This document shows, piece by piece, positions 15,002 through 23,343 of a stretch of 30,836 nt of DNA (its first letter is position 1; every line of letters starts with the position of its first letter). A program made the translations under genes and the position numbers. The notes under the pieces are model-generated. The model ran no database searches and was not told the origin of the DNA. It was given only the letters and a program-made list of their open reading frames with translations. Origin of the DNA: a virus (taxonomy: Duplodnaviria > Caudoviricetes); the IMG/VR virus record IMGVR_UViG_3300036833_000139, positions 1 through 30,836 of that record. One strand, 5' to 3'.

Positions 15002-16364
15002 AACCGGCGCGCATGTCATCGCCGAGCTGCGCCGCGACTGGGTGCGCGAGATGGAGGTGCAGCGGGCGCAAAGCCGCGAGACCATCGCCAATCTGCGCGC
15101 TGAGCTGATCCAACTACAACATCAGTTCGCCGCGGAAGTCAGCACGCGACTTCACGACGTCAAGGACGGCGAGCCCGGCCGCAATGGCGCCGACGGCCAG
15201 CGCGGATTGCCCGGCGACCGCGGCGACCGCGGCGAGATCGGGCCGATCGGGCCGCAGGGCTTGCCCGGCGAACCCGGACGGAACGGTGAGCGCGGCCTGA
15301 CCGGTGAACGCGGCGAGCAAGGGCCGATCGGGGCCATCGGACCGCCTGGATTGCTTGGACCAGTAGGGCTGTCCGGTGAGCCGGGTCGTAACGGCGAGCC
15401 GGGACCGATCGGCATCACCGGCCCGCGTGGCGAGCAGGGTGGGCCAGGGCCTCGCGGCGAGCGCGGGGAACTTGGGGAGCCCGGCCGCAACGGGGAACGC
15501 GGTGAACGCGGCCTTGATGGCGCGCCAGGGGCACAAGGTCAGCAAGGCTTACCCGGCGCCAAGGGCGACCCAGGGGAGCCGGGCCGTAACGGCGAGCGCG
15601 GCGAGGTCGGCCCGCAAGGGCCCGCCGGATCGCCTGGGCAACGCGGGGACCGCGGCGAGCAAGGATTGCGCGGCGAAATAGGGGAGCACGGCCGCAATGG
15701 CATTGACGGGATGGTGGGGGCGGCCGGACCGGCCGGGCCCGCGGGAGCGAAGGGCGACCCGGGCGAACCCGGCCGCAATGGCGCTCTGGGCCCGGCCGGA
15801 CCGAGCGGACTGAAGGGCGAAAAAGGCGACACCGGGCAACGCGGTGAGCCGGGCCCGCGCGGCGTCATCGCCCGCGCCGTGCCGTGGTCGGACAAGATCT
15901 TTTACGAGGGCGAGATCGTCACGCACGAAGGTTCGTGCTGGCAAGCCGTCACCGACACCGCCAAGCGCCCTGGGACGTCCGACGACTGGGCGATGATCGC
16001 CGCCGCAGGCCAGCCGGGGCTGTCGTTCCGCGTGCGTGGCACGCATACGCCGGGCGAGGTCTACAAGGCGCTCGACGTCGTTACCCTGGATCATTCCTGG
16101 TTCGTCGCCCGGATCGATAACCCGGGGCCGATTCCTGGACCGAACTGGCAAAGCGGGCCGGTCGGCAAGAAGGGCGAAAAGGGCGTGCCAGGACCGCGTG
16201 GTGACAAGGGCGAACCCGGCAAGACGGCCCCGCACTGGATCGGATGCAAGCTCGACGGCTTCATCCTGAAGACCGTGCTGAGCGACGGCACCCTGGGTCC
16301 GTCGATCAATTTGGTGCCGCTGTTCGAGCAGTACGACGCCGAGCGTGCCAATCGCGAGCACTGA
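14907..16364 (+). CDS. Collagen-like head-associated protein with coiled-coil N-terminus and C-terminal carbohydrate-binding-like modules
   Basis: AGGAG RBS 14894-14898; long Gly-X-Y run; YEGEIVTHEGSCWQA...DDW. Confidence 0.85.
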   Translation: MDNETPTFEACSTDPNRSNASISDAFQEMLFETGAHVIAELRRDWVREMEVQRAQSRETIANLRAELIQLQHQFAAEVSTRLHDVKDGEPGRNGADGQRGLPGDRGDRGEIGPIGPQGLPGEPGRNGERGLTGERGEQGPIGAIGPPGLLGPVGLSGEPGRNGEPGPIGITGPRGEQGGPGPRGERGELGEPGRNGERGERGLDGAPGAQGQQGLPGAKGDPGEPGRNGERGEVGPQGPAGSPGQRGDRGEQGLRGEIGEHGRNGIDGMVGAAGPAGPAGAKGDPGEPGRNGALGPAGPSGLKGEKGDTGQRGEPGPRGVIARAVPWSDKIFYEGEIVTHEGSCWQAVTDTAKRPGTSDDWAMIAAAGQPGLSFRVRGTHTPGEVYKALDVVTLDHSWFVARIDNPGPIPGPNWQSGPVGKKGEKGVPGPRGDKGEPGKTAPHWIGCKLDGFILKTVLSDGTLGPSINLVPLFEQYDAERANREH

Positions 16365-16367
16365 ATC

Positions 16368-17024
16368 ATGCAACAGATCCTCAATGTCCTGGTGAAGGCT
16401 GATACCTACGACCTCGTCACGCTCGAGGGGATGAAGGCCATGTTGCTGATCCCGCCAACGGACACCAGCAAGGACATCTTGCTGACGGAGTTGATTACCG
16501 TCGTCAGCGAAACCGTCGCCAAAATGTGCAATCGGGTGTTCAGCTACGAGAAGGTGCGCGAGCAGTTCTATCAGCTCGAGGACGGCAATAGCAGCCGTCT
16601 CTATCTGTCGCGCTGGCCGGTGAAGTTCGCAGACATCGAGAGCATCAATCGCGACGATGATGATTACGATTTGCTACCTGACAACCCGACGCGCTGGCTG
16701 CTCGAGGAAGAGACGGGGATGCTCTACAGCTACCCGGCCAGTGGTTACTGGTATGGTACGGTCGATGTGATTTATTCCGGCGGCTACGTGCTGCCAGATG
16801 AAGCGCCGGGCCCGCTCAAGTTCGCGGTCGCGGGCGTGATCCGCGAATCCTACATGGCCTGGATTCGCAACCCGGCACTGTTTGGCGTGCGCCAGCTCGG
16901 GCACAAGGAAGCGCGCATCGCTTATTACGATCCCACCAAGTTGGGCGTTGCGCTCGGCTCGCCAGAGACTTGGCAAGCCGTGCAAAGCGTTCTCGACGCC
17001 AGATACACACGATTTTGGGTGTAG
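16368..17024 (+). CDS. Head-tail connector/adaptor (gp6-like)
   Basis: LVTLEGMKAML...MCNRVF...LYLSRWPV...VIYSGGY..P.APGPLKFAV; position after portal. Confidence 0.8.
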   Translation: MQQILNVLVKADTYDLVTLEGMKAMLLIPPTDTSKDILLTELITVVSETVAKMCNRVFSYEKVREQFYQLEDGNSSRLYLSRWPVKFADIESINRDDDDYDLLPDNPTRWLLEEETGMLYSYPASGYWYGTVDVIYSGGYVLPDEAPGPLKFAVAGVIRESYMAWIRNPALFGVRQLGHKEARIAYYDPTKLGVALGSPETWQAVQSVLDARYTRFWV

Positions 17025-17026
17025 CG

Positions 17027-18070
17027 ATGAACAAACAACTCGACGACCGTCGTCCTGCCATGGCGCTGCCGCATCCCGGCGAGCATTTCTGGCGCGCCTT
17101 TGCTGCCAAGGTACGCGGCTCGATCCTCGGCGAGCTTGCCGAGGACTTGCTGCGCGAGCGGCACCCCGACGATCACATCGCACCGTTGCTGCTACGCGCC
17201 GCGTCGGCGCCCGCCAAAACCACCGTGCCCGGCTGGGCGGCGGAGCTAGCGCGCAAAGCTGTGTCGCAGGCGATTGAGGACGTCGTCAGCATGAGCGCGG
17301 CGCGGCATGTGATGGACGCCGGAGCGCTGCGCATCGATCTCGGTCGCTTTGCCAGTATCGTTGTGCCGGGGCGTTCGAGCACCATAGCCGACGCCGGTCA
17401 GTGGGTGGCGGAAGGCGCGCCGATTCCGGTGCGGCAATTCCAGCTGCCCGGCTCGACCTTGACCGCGCACAAGCTGGCGGTAATCGCCACCTTCACCCGC
17501 GAGATGAGCGATAGTTCCAACATTGAGGACGTGATCAAGGCGCTGATCACAGAAGCCGCCGGACCGGCGCTCGATGCGGCGATCTTCTCCACCGCCGCGG
17601 GCACGGCCGCGCGCTCGCCCGGCATTCTGCACGGTGTGACCGGGCTGACGCCGTCGACGGGCGCCGCCTATGACGATTGCGGCGCCGATCTCGGCGCCTT
17701 GATCGGCGATCTTGCCAGCCGCAACGGCGGCGCAAATGCGGTATTTGTCGCCAATCCGGCGCAGGCGATGACCATTCGGTTTTTCAGCGGCACCCAGCTC
17801 GACGCTTGGGGCAGCGTGCCGTTAGCCGGGGGCACCGTACTTGCGCTCGAGCCAGCCTCGCTCGCCATCATGCTCGGGGTCGAGACCTTCGACGTCGCCG
17901 ACGTCGGCACCCTGCACATGGAAGACACCACGCCCGGCGATATTTCCGGAGGATCGACGCCAGTCAAAAGCCTGTTCCAGACCGATACGCTGGCGCTGCG
18001 AATGATATTGCGCGGCGATTGGGCAATGCGCGCGCCGCACGTCGCCTACATGACCGGCGTGTCCTGGTGA
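17027..18070 (+). CDS. Second major-capsid-family protein (paralogue lacking most of the coiled-coil delta domain)
   Basis: RAASAPAKTTVPGWAAEL, EGAPIPVRQ, HKLAVIATFTREM, TLHMEDT, TPVKSLFQTDTLALRM align with the main capsid protein. Confidence 0.92.
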   Translation: MNKQLDDRRPAMALPHPGEHFWRAFAAKVRGSILGELAEDLLRERHPDDHIAPLLLRAASAPAKTTVPGWAAELARKAVSQAIEDVVSMSAARHVMDAGALRIDLGRFASIVVPGRSSTIADAGQWVAEGAPIPVRQFQLPGSTLTAHKLAVIATFTREMSDSSNIEDVIKALITEAAGPALDAAIFSTAAGTAARSPGILHGVTGLTPSTGAAYDDCGADLGALIGDLASRNGGANAVFVANPAQAMTIRFFSGTQLDAWGSVPLAGGTVLALEPASLAIMLGVETFDVADVGTLHMEDTTPGDISGGSTPVKSLFQTDTLALRMILRGDWAMRAPHVAYMTGVSW

Positions 18071-18076
18071 TCCGCC

Positions 18077-18493
18077 ATGCCGATGCGCATGGAGATGGAT
18101 GCGAGCGAAGTCACCGACGCGATCGATAAGTTGCTCGAGAACCTGCATGCGCTGCCCAACGACTTCGCCACTGAGCTGACCGACTGGCAAGCCGAGGACA
18201 TGCGGCGCAAGTATCCGCAGACCGATCGGCCGGATGAAAACACGGCCGAGACCGACGTCTATCCGCGCTCGCGTACATGGCACAAGCCGCCCACCGGCCA
18301 ACCGCCGGGACGGCCGCCAACTCAGCACTATCGTTCGAGCTTCCTGCGCGTGCCACGCGGCGCTCGGCCCAAGTCACCGACCGGCCAACGCAGTGGCTTC
18401 CGGTCGGGCCGCCCGATCCTTCGCAGCGAGCTGTTTGAATCGCTGAGCATGCGCATCAGCGAACTGCTGCGCCGGGCCAAACTGATGGAATGA
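18077..18493 (+). CDS. Putative neck/tail-completion protein
   Basis: Position in neck module; basic loop ending in RPIL; function inferred from synteny only. Confidence 0.5.
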   Translation: MPMRMEMDASEVTDAIDKLLENLHALPNDFATELTDWQAEDMRRKYPQTDRPDENTAETDVYPRSRTWHKPPTGQPPGRPPTQHYRSSFLRVPRGARPKSPTGQRSGFRSGRPILRSELFESLSMRISELLRRAKLME

Positions 18494-18496
18494 GCC

Positions 18497-18874
18497 ATGG
18501 CAGTTAATTTCGGCATCGAGGTCTATGCGGCGAATTACGCGGAATGGGCGCGGCCGATCTCGGTCAAACCGATCGGTTCGCAGCCGGGCATGCCGAGCTA
18601 TAGCGCGCGCGGCATCTATCACACCGGGGCGGTCTTTGTGCCGTTGGAAGACAGTTCACTTTTGTCCGACCAGCAGACCACACTTGACGTACTCGAGGCC
18701 GAGTTTGCCGTGGTGCCCGCCCAGCATGACCTCATCAGCATCCCGATGGACCCGGCCTCGGGCCTGCCGCCGTTGCCCGATTATGAGGTGGTCGACGTCT
18801 CCAGCAATGGCGGCGGCGAAACCACCCTGACTTTGAAAAAGCTGGTGATCCCGGCGCTGGCGGTGCAACCGTGA
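18497..18874 (+). CDS. Head-tail joining protein (gpFII-like head closure)
   Basis: SARGIY...SDQQTTLDVLEAEF...P.QHDLI...YEVVDV..NGGGETTLTLK. Confidence 0.7.
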   Translation: MAVNFGIEVYAANYAEWARPISVKPIGSQPGMPSYSARGIYHTGAVFVPLEDSSLLSDQQTTLDVLEAEFAVVPAQHDLISIPMDPASGLPPLPDYEVVDVSSNGGGETTLTLKKLVIPALAVQP

Positions 18875-19473
18875 ACCTGTTCTATGAATTGGAGGAAGTG
18901 CCGCAGAGCTGGCCGACGTTGTTCGTGCCGCAGCCGCCGACCAATGCGCTGCAGCAGATCCAGTCGGCCGGTTATCTGATCCGCGAGACGCTGTTCACTG
19001 CGGTGGCCGAGCGCGAACCGTTTTTCGCCGACTACAAAACCAAGCGCCGCACCAAGATGGACCCGGTGCAGGCCAACGCGTTGCCGTATCTCGGAATCTA
19101 TCTCGGCAAGGAAAACATGGGCCCGGACGGCGATGCCAACGCGGGCGATACCCGGTTCAGCCACACGCTGCCGATCCACTTCTCGGTGATCATCGCCAAC
19201 AACAACGCCGACGATGCCGAGCGCACCCTGGATCAGGCCTATAACCGCATCATGCAGCGGATCTTTCGCGACGCCTGGGTGATGAACGTGCTGCGCACCA
19301 CCAATCCGTGGTCGCATCTCGAAAACGCGGGCGACGTCAAAATCGAGTCGATCGTGCGCGGCCAGAAAGAGACCGTGTTCGGTCTCGCCAGCGGCAACAA
19401 CGAAACCCCGATCGGCGAACTGCGCTACGTCATGTCGGTGTTCTTCAGGTCGCCTTGGGACCCGGTTTTTTAG
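18871..19473 (+). CDS. Putative tail terminator/neck protein
   Basis: LPYLGIYL..E...DGDANAG..RFSH...FSVII; size and position upstream of tail genes. Confidence 0.55.
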   Translation: MNLFYELEEVPQSWPTLFVPQPPTNALQQIQSAGYLIRETLFTAVAEREPFFADYKTKRRTKMDPVQANALPYLGIYLGKENMGPDGDANAGDTRFSHTLPIHFSVIIANNNADDAERTLDQAYNRIMQRIFRDAWVMNVLRTTNPWSHLENAGDVKIESIVRGQKETVFGLASGNNETPIGELRYVMSVFFRSPWDPVF

Positions 19474-19485
19474 GAGCGGTGAGCC

Positions 19486-20115
19486 ATGAGCGGCGCCAGC
19501 GATTATGTGGCTACTCTGGTCGGGCGCTGGGTGACCGGGCAACGACCGATGCCCGCGTTGCCGGAAGTCTGGATGGCGCTGTTCGCCACGCTGCCATCGG
19601 ATTCCAACATCGGCGGCACCGAGCTGTCCGGCAACGGCTACGGCCGCGCCCAGGTGTCCGGCCAGCTCGCGGTCTCGGCCGCGGTCGCCAACGGCACCGT
19701 TTTGAACTTCGCCAGCGTGCCAACCTGGATCGTGCCGGGCATGAGCGTGTTCAGCGTCAGTGATGAAACCTCGATCGCGAGTGACCAAACCGTCGCCGCC
19801 GTCGACACCACCAACAACACCGTCACCTTGAGTGCGCTGATCGACAACGCGATTGCACTCGGCGACGTCATCAGCTTCTCGGTCTATGCGGACGCCACCG
19901 GTTCCAACCCGAGCATCTTCAGTAATGTCGGGCCGATCAGCTTTCCGCTCACCACCATGCCGGGGCCCGGCACCGCCTACGGCTGGGGATTCTTCGATGC
20001 GCAGACCGGCGGCAACTTGCTGATCGCCGACACTATTGCGGGCGGCGCGCAAGTGATCTCCGGCAATATCTCGGCGACGTTCGCCGAAGGCCAACTGATC
20101 GTCACCATCACATGA
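19486..20115 (+). CDS. Virion structural protein, beta-rich
   Basis: AGGAG RBS; ALFATLP...GGTELSGNGYGR...ISFP...GFFDAQTGGNLL pattern typical of a phage structural family, with an inserted domain. Confidence 0.7.
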   Translation: MSGASDYVATLVGRWVTGQRPMPALPEVWMALFATLPSDSNIGGTELSGNGYGRAQVSGQLAVSAAVANGTVLNFASVPTWIVPGMSVFSVSDETSIASDQTVAAVDTTNNTVTLSALIDNAIALGDVISFSVYADATGSNPSIFSNVGPISFPLTTMPGPGTAYGWGFFDAQTGGNLLIADTIAGGAQVISGNISATFAEGQLIVTIT

Positions 20116-20357
20116 GCATTCTGGATCTCTCCGGCGCCACCACCGTCGGCATTGTCGGCACCGCCACCGCACCGGAAAGCGCGCTGCGCATGGCCGGACG
20201 CACGCAGATCCGCATTATGAGTTTCGCCGACGCATCCAACATCAACGGTGATGCGCTGGCCGAGATCGACGTGTCGACCGGAATCAAGATCGCCGACACG
20301 CCGGAGCAGATGGCGCAGCGCCTGCAGATCAAAGCCAAATACGTGTTCAGCCCATGA
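20112..20357 (+). CDS. Hypothetical protein (81 aa)
   Basis: ATGA coupling to upstream gene; protein-like sequence. Confidence 0.6.
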   Translation: MSILDLSGATTVGIVGTATAPESALRMAGRTQIRIMSFADASNINGDALAEIDVSTGIKIADTPEQMAQRLQIKAKYVFSP

Positions 20358-20370
20358 AAGGATCAGCACC

Positions 20371-20778
20371 ATGGTGAACGTTCGCATGCAGCCCAGCAAA
20401 CCAACCAACCAAGCAGACGTCGCCGCCAGCCAAAAGGCCGAGCCGATCGACGGCATCCGCGGCCGCAAGCTGCGCGAGAACCAGGAAAAGCTGCGCGCGC
20501 TCCGGCGCCCAGGGCTCCGCGTCGTGCCCGCCGAGAATCATCCGCGGCTGACGGCCGAGCAGATCCGCAAGCACATCAAACACGCGCCGACCGGTGTGCG
20601 CTTCCGCGATAGCGGCAGTATCGAATGGCCCAACGACCGGTTCACCCAGCGGCGCTTGCGCGAGGGCGTGATCAGGCTCGCCGACGACAACAACAAATCC
20701 GGCGAGGAGCGCCGCGAGGAGCGGCGCGATCAGCGCCAGGACCAGCGGCGCGAGCCCACCCCGCCCGCCAGCGAATGA
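20371..20778 (+). CDS. DUF2635-like (Mu gp38-like) pre-sheath protein
   Basis: AAAGGA RBS; EWPNDRFTQRRLREGVI resembles the 'yw.RRl.dGdv' motif; position before sheath. Confidence 0.6.
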   Translation: MVNVRMQPSKPTNQADVAASQKAEPIDGIRGRKLRENQEKLRALRRPGLRVVPAENHPRLTAEQIRKHIKHAPTGVRFRDSGSIEWPNDRFTQRRLREGVIRLADDNNKSGEERREERRDQRQDQRREPTPPASE

Positions 20779-20781
20779 TCA

Positions 20782-21978
20782 GTGCGCACCGCCGTCGAAA
20801 CAACCGTGGATGACTTGCCGGATCTCGATCCGGTGGTCGCGCACGAAACAACGGCCTACGGCTGGCGGGGGCTGACGGCGCACGGCGAGGTGTTGGAGGT
20901 CAAACGTTCGAACGGCCACCCGATCGCGGTGCCAATCGAACTGCTGGTGACACACGGCGGCCGGTCGATCGGCCGCCGCGCGGTCACCAATGAGCTGGCC
21001 ATCAACATTGACGACTATCTCGCGCACTTCAATCGCATGGTCGCGCTGCATCGCGCCAACCAGTTCAACGAGGCGCTGGTCGAGGCGGACGCAACGCTGC
21101 GGATCGCGCCGACGCTGCGCGCGCGCTTCAATCGCGCGATGGTGCTGCTCGCCGTCGGTCATTGGCGCGAGGGCTTCGCGGAATACTGGAGCTGCGAGCA
21201 GGAATCTTCGCTCATGCGTCCGCCGGTGCGCGCCGCGCTCGATGCGGGCTTGCAGCCATGGCACGGCGAAGATCTGTGCGGTAAGCGGCTTTTGCTGATT
21301 CACGCGCACGGCTTTGGCGACAGCATCCAGACGCTGCGCTACGTGCCCGCGCTTCAAGCGATGGGCGCCGACGTGGTCATGCTGATGCCGCGCGAGCTAG
21401 AGCGGTTGGCGGCGCAATGCGGTTCGGTTGTGGGGGCGCTGCAGGACGCTGATTTCTTCTGTCCGATGCTGCATCTGCTGCACGTACTGCAAGTGCATCC
21501 CGACCACGTGTCCGGGAAACCCTATCTCAACGTCGATCGTGCGCTGGTTGATCGGTGGTCCAAACGTATCGATGCGGACCGCCGCAACATTGGCCTTGCT
21601 TGGTCGATCGGTAACCCGAGCCTCAGTGATTATCCACGCGAGATCTCGCTCAGCGACCTGATCTCGCCGCTCGGCGACGCGCAACTCTATAGCGTGCAAG
21701 CCCAATATCAGGAGGAGGCGGCGCGCATCGGCGTCAAAGCGTTTGAATTTGAGGACTTCGCCGACTGTGCCGCGCTGATGTGGCGGATGCAGCAAATCAT
21801 CAGCGTCGACACCGCGGCGTTGCACCTCGCCGGTGCGATCGGTCATCCGCGCGTGGTCGGCCTGCTGTCGCATTGGGCGAGCTGGCGCTGGATCGCGCCT
21901 TGGTACGCGAACGTCAGCCTGTGTCGCCAGCAAGTGCCGGACGATTGGGCGAGCGCCCTAAATCAAGCGCAAATGTAA
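20782..21978 (+). CDS. TPR-containing GT-B glycosyltransferase (GT9/heptosyltransferase-like)
   Basis: TPR-like helices (ARFNRAMVLLAVGHWREGFAEY), PWHGEDLCGKRLLLIHAHGFGDSIQTLRY, IGLAWS.GNP, IISVDTAALHLAGAIG. Confidence 0.9.
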   Translation: MRTAVETTVDDLPDLDPVVAHETTAYGWRGLTAHGEVLEVKRSNGHPIAVPIELLVTHGGRSIGRRAVTNELAINIDDYLAHFNRMVALHRANQFNEALVEADATLRIAPTLRARFNRAMVLLAVGHWREGFAEYWSCEQESSLMRPPVRAALDAGLQPWHGEDLCGKRLLLIHAHGFGDSIQTLRYVPALQAMGADVVMLMPRELERLAAQCGSVVGALQDADFFCPMLHLLHVLQVHPDHVSGKPYLNVDRALVDRWSKRIDADRRNIGLAWSIGNPSLSDYPREISLSDLISPLGDAQLYSVQAQYQEEAARIGVKAFEFEDFADCAALMWRMQQIISVDTAALHLAGAIGHPRVVGLLSHWASWRWIAPWYANVSLCRQQVPDDWASALNQAQM

Positions 21979-22547
21979 TGCCCCTGCAACGCGTCTCACA
22001 AACTTCGATCGGTGCGGGGCGCATCCGAGGTCCGGTCAGCCAATATCTAAATCGGAACGAGACGGAGTTGCTGGTTGCGCTGGTGCGCAGCGTGATGCCG
22101 CGCGTGATGATCGAGTTCGGCTGCAATCTCGGGTTCACCGCAAAGCGCGTGCTCGACAACGTGCCGTCGCTCGAATGCTACATCGGCATCGATGTGCCAG
22201 CGGGGCACGAAACCACGCTGACATGTCAACGAAGCGAAGTGCCGACCGCCGCCGGTTCGTACGTCGCCAGCGATGAACGGTTCTGGTTGTTAATGGTAGA
22301 GGAACGGCTGACCGCCGATCAGCTAGAGCCATGTGACGCGGTATTCATCGACGGCGATCACAGCGAGCAGGGCGTGAGTCGCGACAGCGATCTGGCGCGC
22401 GCGTTGGTTCGGCCGGGCGGCATCATTGTTTGGCACGACGCGGGAAACCCGGCGGTCGAGGTCACCGCAACGCTCGAACGGCTGGCCGATCAGGGCTGGC
22501 GCATCAAACACATCGAGAATAGTTGGCTCGCGTTCATGCGGACGTAG
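21978..22547 (+). CDS. Class I SAM-dependent methyltransferase (Methyltransf_24-like)
   Basis: TAATG coupling; MIEFGCNLG, YIGID, DAVFIDGDHS, VRPGGIIVWHD. Confidence 0.9.
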   Translation: MPLQRVSQTSIGAGRIRGPVSQYLNRNETELLVALVRSVMPRVMIEFGCNLGFTAKRVLDNVPSLECYIGIDVPAGHETTLTCQRSEVPTAAGSYVASDERFWLLMVEERLTADQLEPCDAVFIDGDHSEQGVSRDSDLARALVRPGGIIVWHDAGNPAVEVTATLERLADQGWRIKHIENSWLAFMRT

Positions 22548-22605
22548 CCGGATGATCAGCTAATCCTGATTAGTAAATCAGGCGCCCGCGCCTGACAAAA
22601 CCAAA

Positions 22606-22673
22606 CAGCCCGTGCGGGACCAGGGCTGCTCGGCCCGTCGTGATGACGCGCCATTCCCCCGATGGAGGTTCCC
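22606..22673 (+). promoter_or_regulatory. Stranded structural-gene leader: two hairpins plus GGAGG RBS with no start codon after it
   Basis: CAGCCC/GGGCTG stem, CGTC-GTGAT-GACG stem, GGAGG 22664-22668; same layout as tube leader 25169-25242. Confidence 0.6.
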
Positions 22674-23291
22674 CTATTCGGTGTACCGGCCGTGCTTGTA
22701 GTTAGGATTGTTCTCGCCGGTCACGCCGCCGCGCTCAGTGAGTTTGTCGCGCATTTTTTGCTTGGCAGCTTCCGACGTCAGCTTTCCGTAGTTGGGATTC
22801 TTGGCGCCAGCATAGTCGCGGTTCTTGGTCTTGATGCCGCGCTTGACATCGCTCGATGAGCGTTCGCGCTCTGCAGGATCAGTGTAACGACGCAACGCCG
22901 CTTGTCGCATCTTCTCGCGCTGCTCGGGAGTTTTGGGAATGCCTTTGAAACGGCCAGCAGCTTCTTTTGCTTTTAGCTTCCGAAATGCCTCGGCATGTTT
23001 GTAGCCGATGCAGGATTTTTGACCGCCGCCAGCGCGGTTCCAGCCAATCCCCGGACGCGGCCGTAAACGCGCTTCTAGTTCGAGCGCTTCGATACCCGGA
23101 CCAACAAAAAGAACTTGGACCCTGAAATCGGGCGGCAGCGAATGCGCGCCCTTACCGTTCCCGCGCCGATGAGCAGCAATTCGGACGGGGAGATGCGCGG
23201 TGATCCCGACGTAGCCGTGATGCCACGGACAAATGCAACGCTCGTCGTGCAGCCAATAAACGAAGGTCTGTTGGTTGTTGTCAGGCAGCAT
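22674..23291 (-). mobile_element. Free-standing GIY-YIG homing endonuclease with NUMOD3 repeats
   Basis: FVYWL...GYVGIT...R...H, E..L motif; KGIPKTPEQREKMR, NPNYGK..SEAAKQKM, GENNPNYKHG; GGAGG RBS; antisense to tail operon. Confidence 0.88.
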
Positions 23292-23343
23292 CTGTTCCTC
23301 CAGGTAGCATCGTGAGAATATCCCACATCAAAAGGAGGCGCAA

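Noticed and set aside
15114-16384. Long antisense Pro/Gly-rich ORFs over the collagen gene (also 5692-6444, 18781-20172, 23863-24969, 26466-27329)
   Set aside because: Shadow ORFs expected from high GC and codon periodicity opposite well-supported genes
19471-19488. Stop-codon readthrough fusing 18871-19473 with the in-frame 19486 gene
   Set aside because: Two stops (TAG then TGA) intervene and the downstream gene has its own AGGAG RBS
22548-23343. Group I intron housing the endonuclease
   Set aside because: The endonuclease is antisense and intergenic, no interrupted exon pair is evident, and the flanks are too short for an intron core
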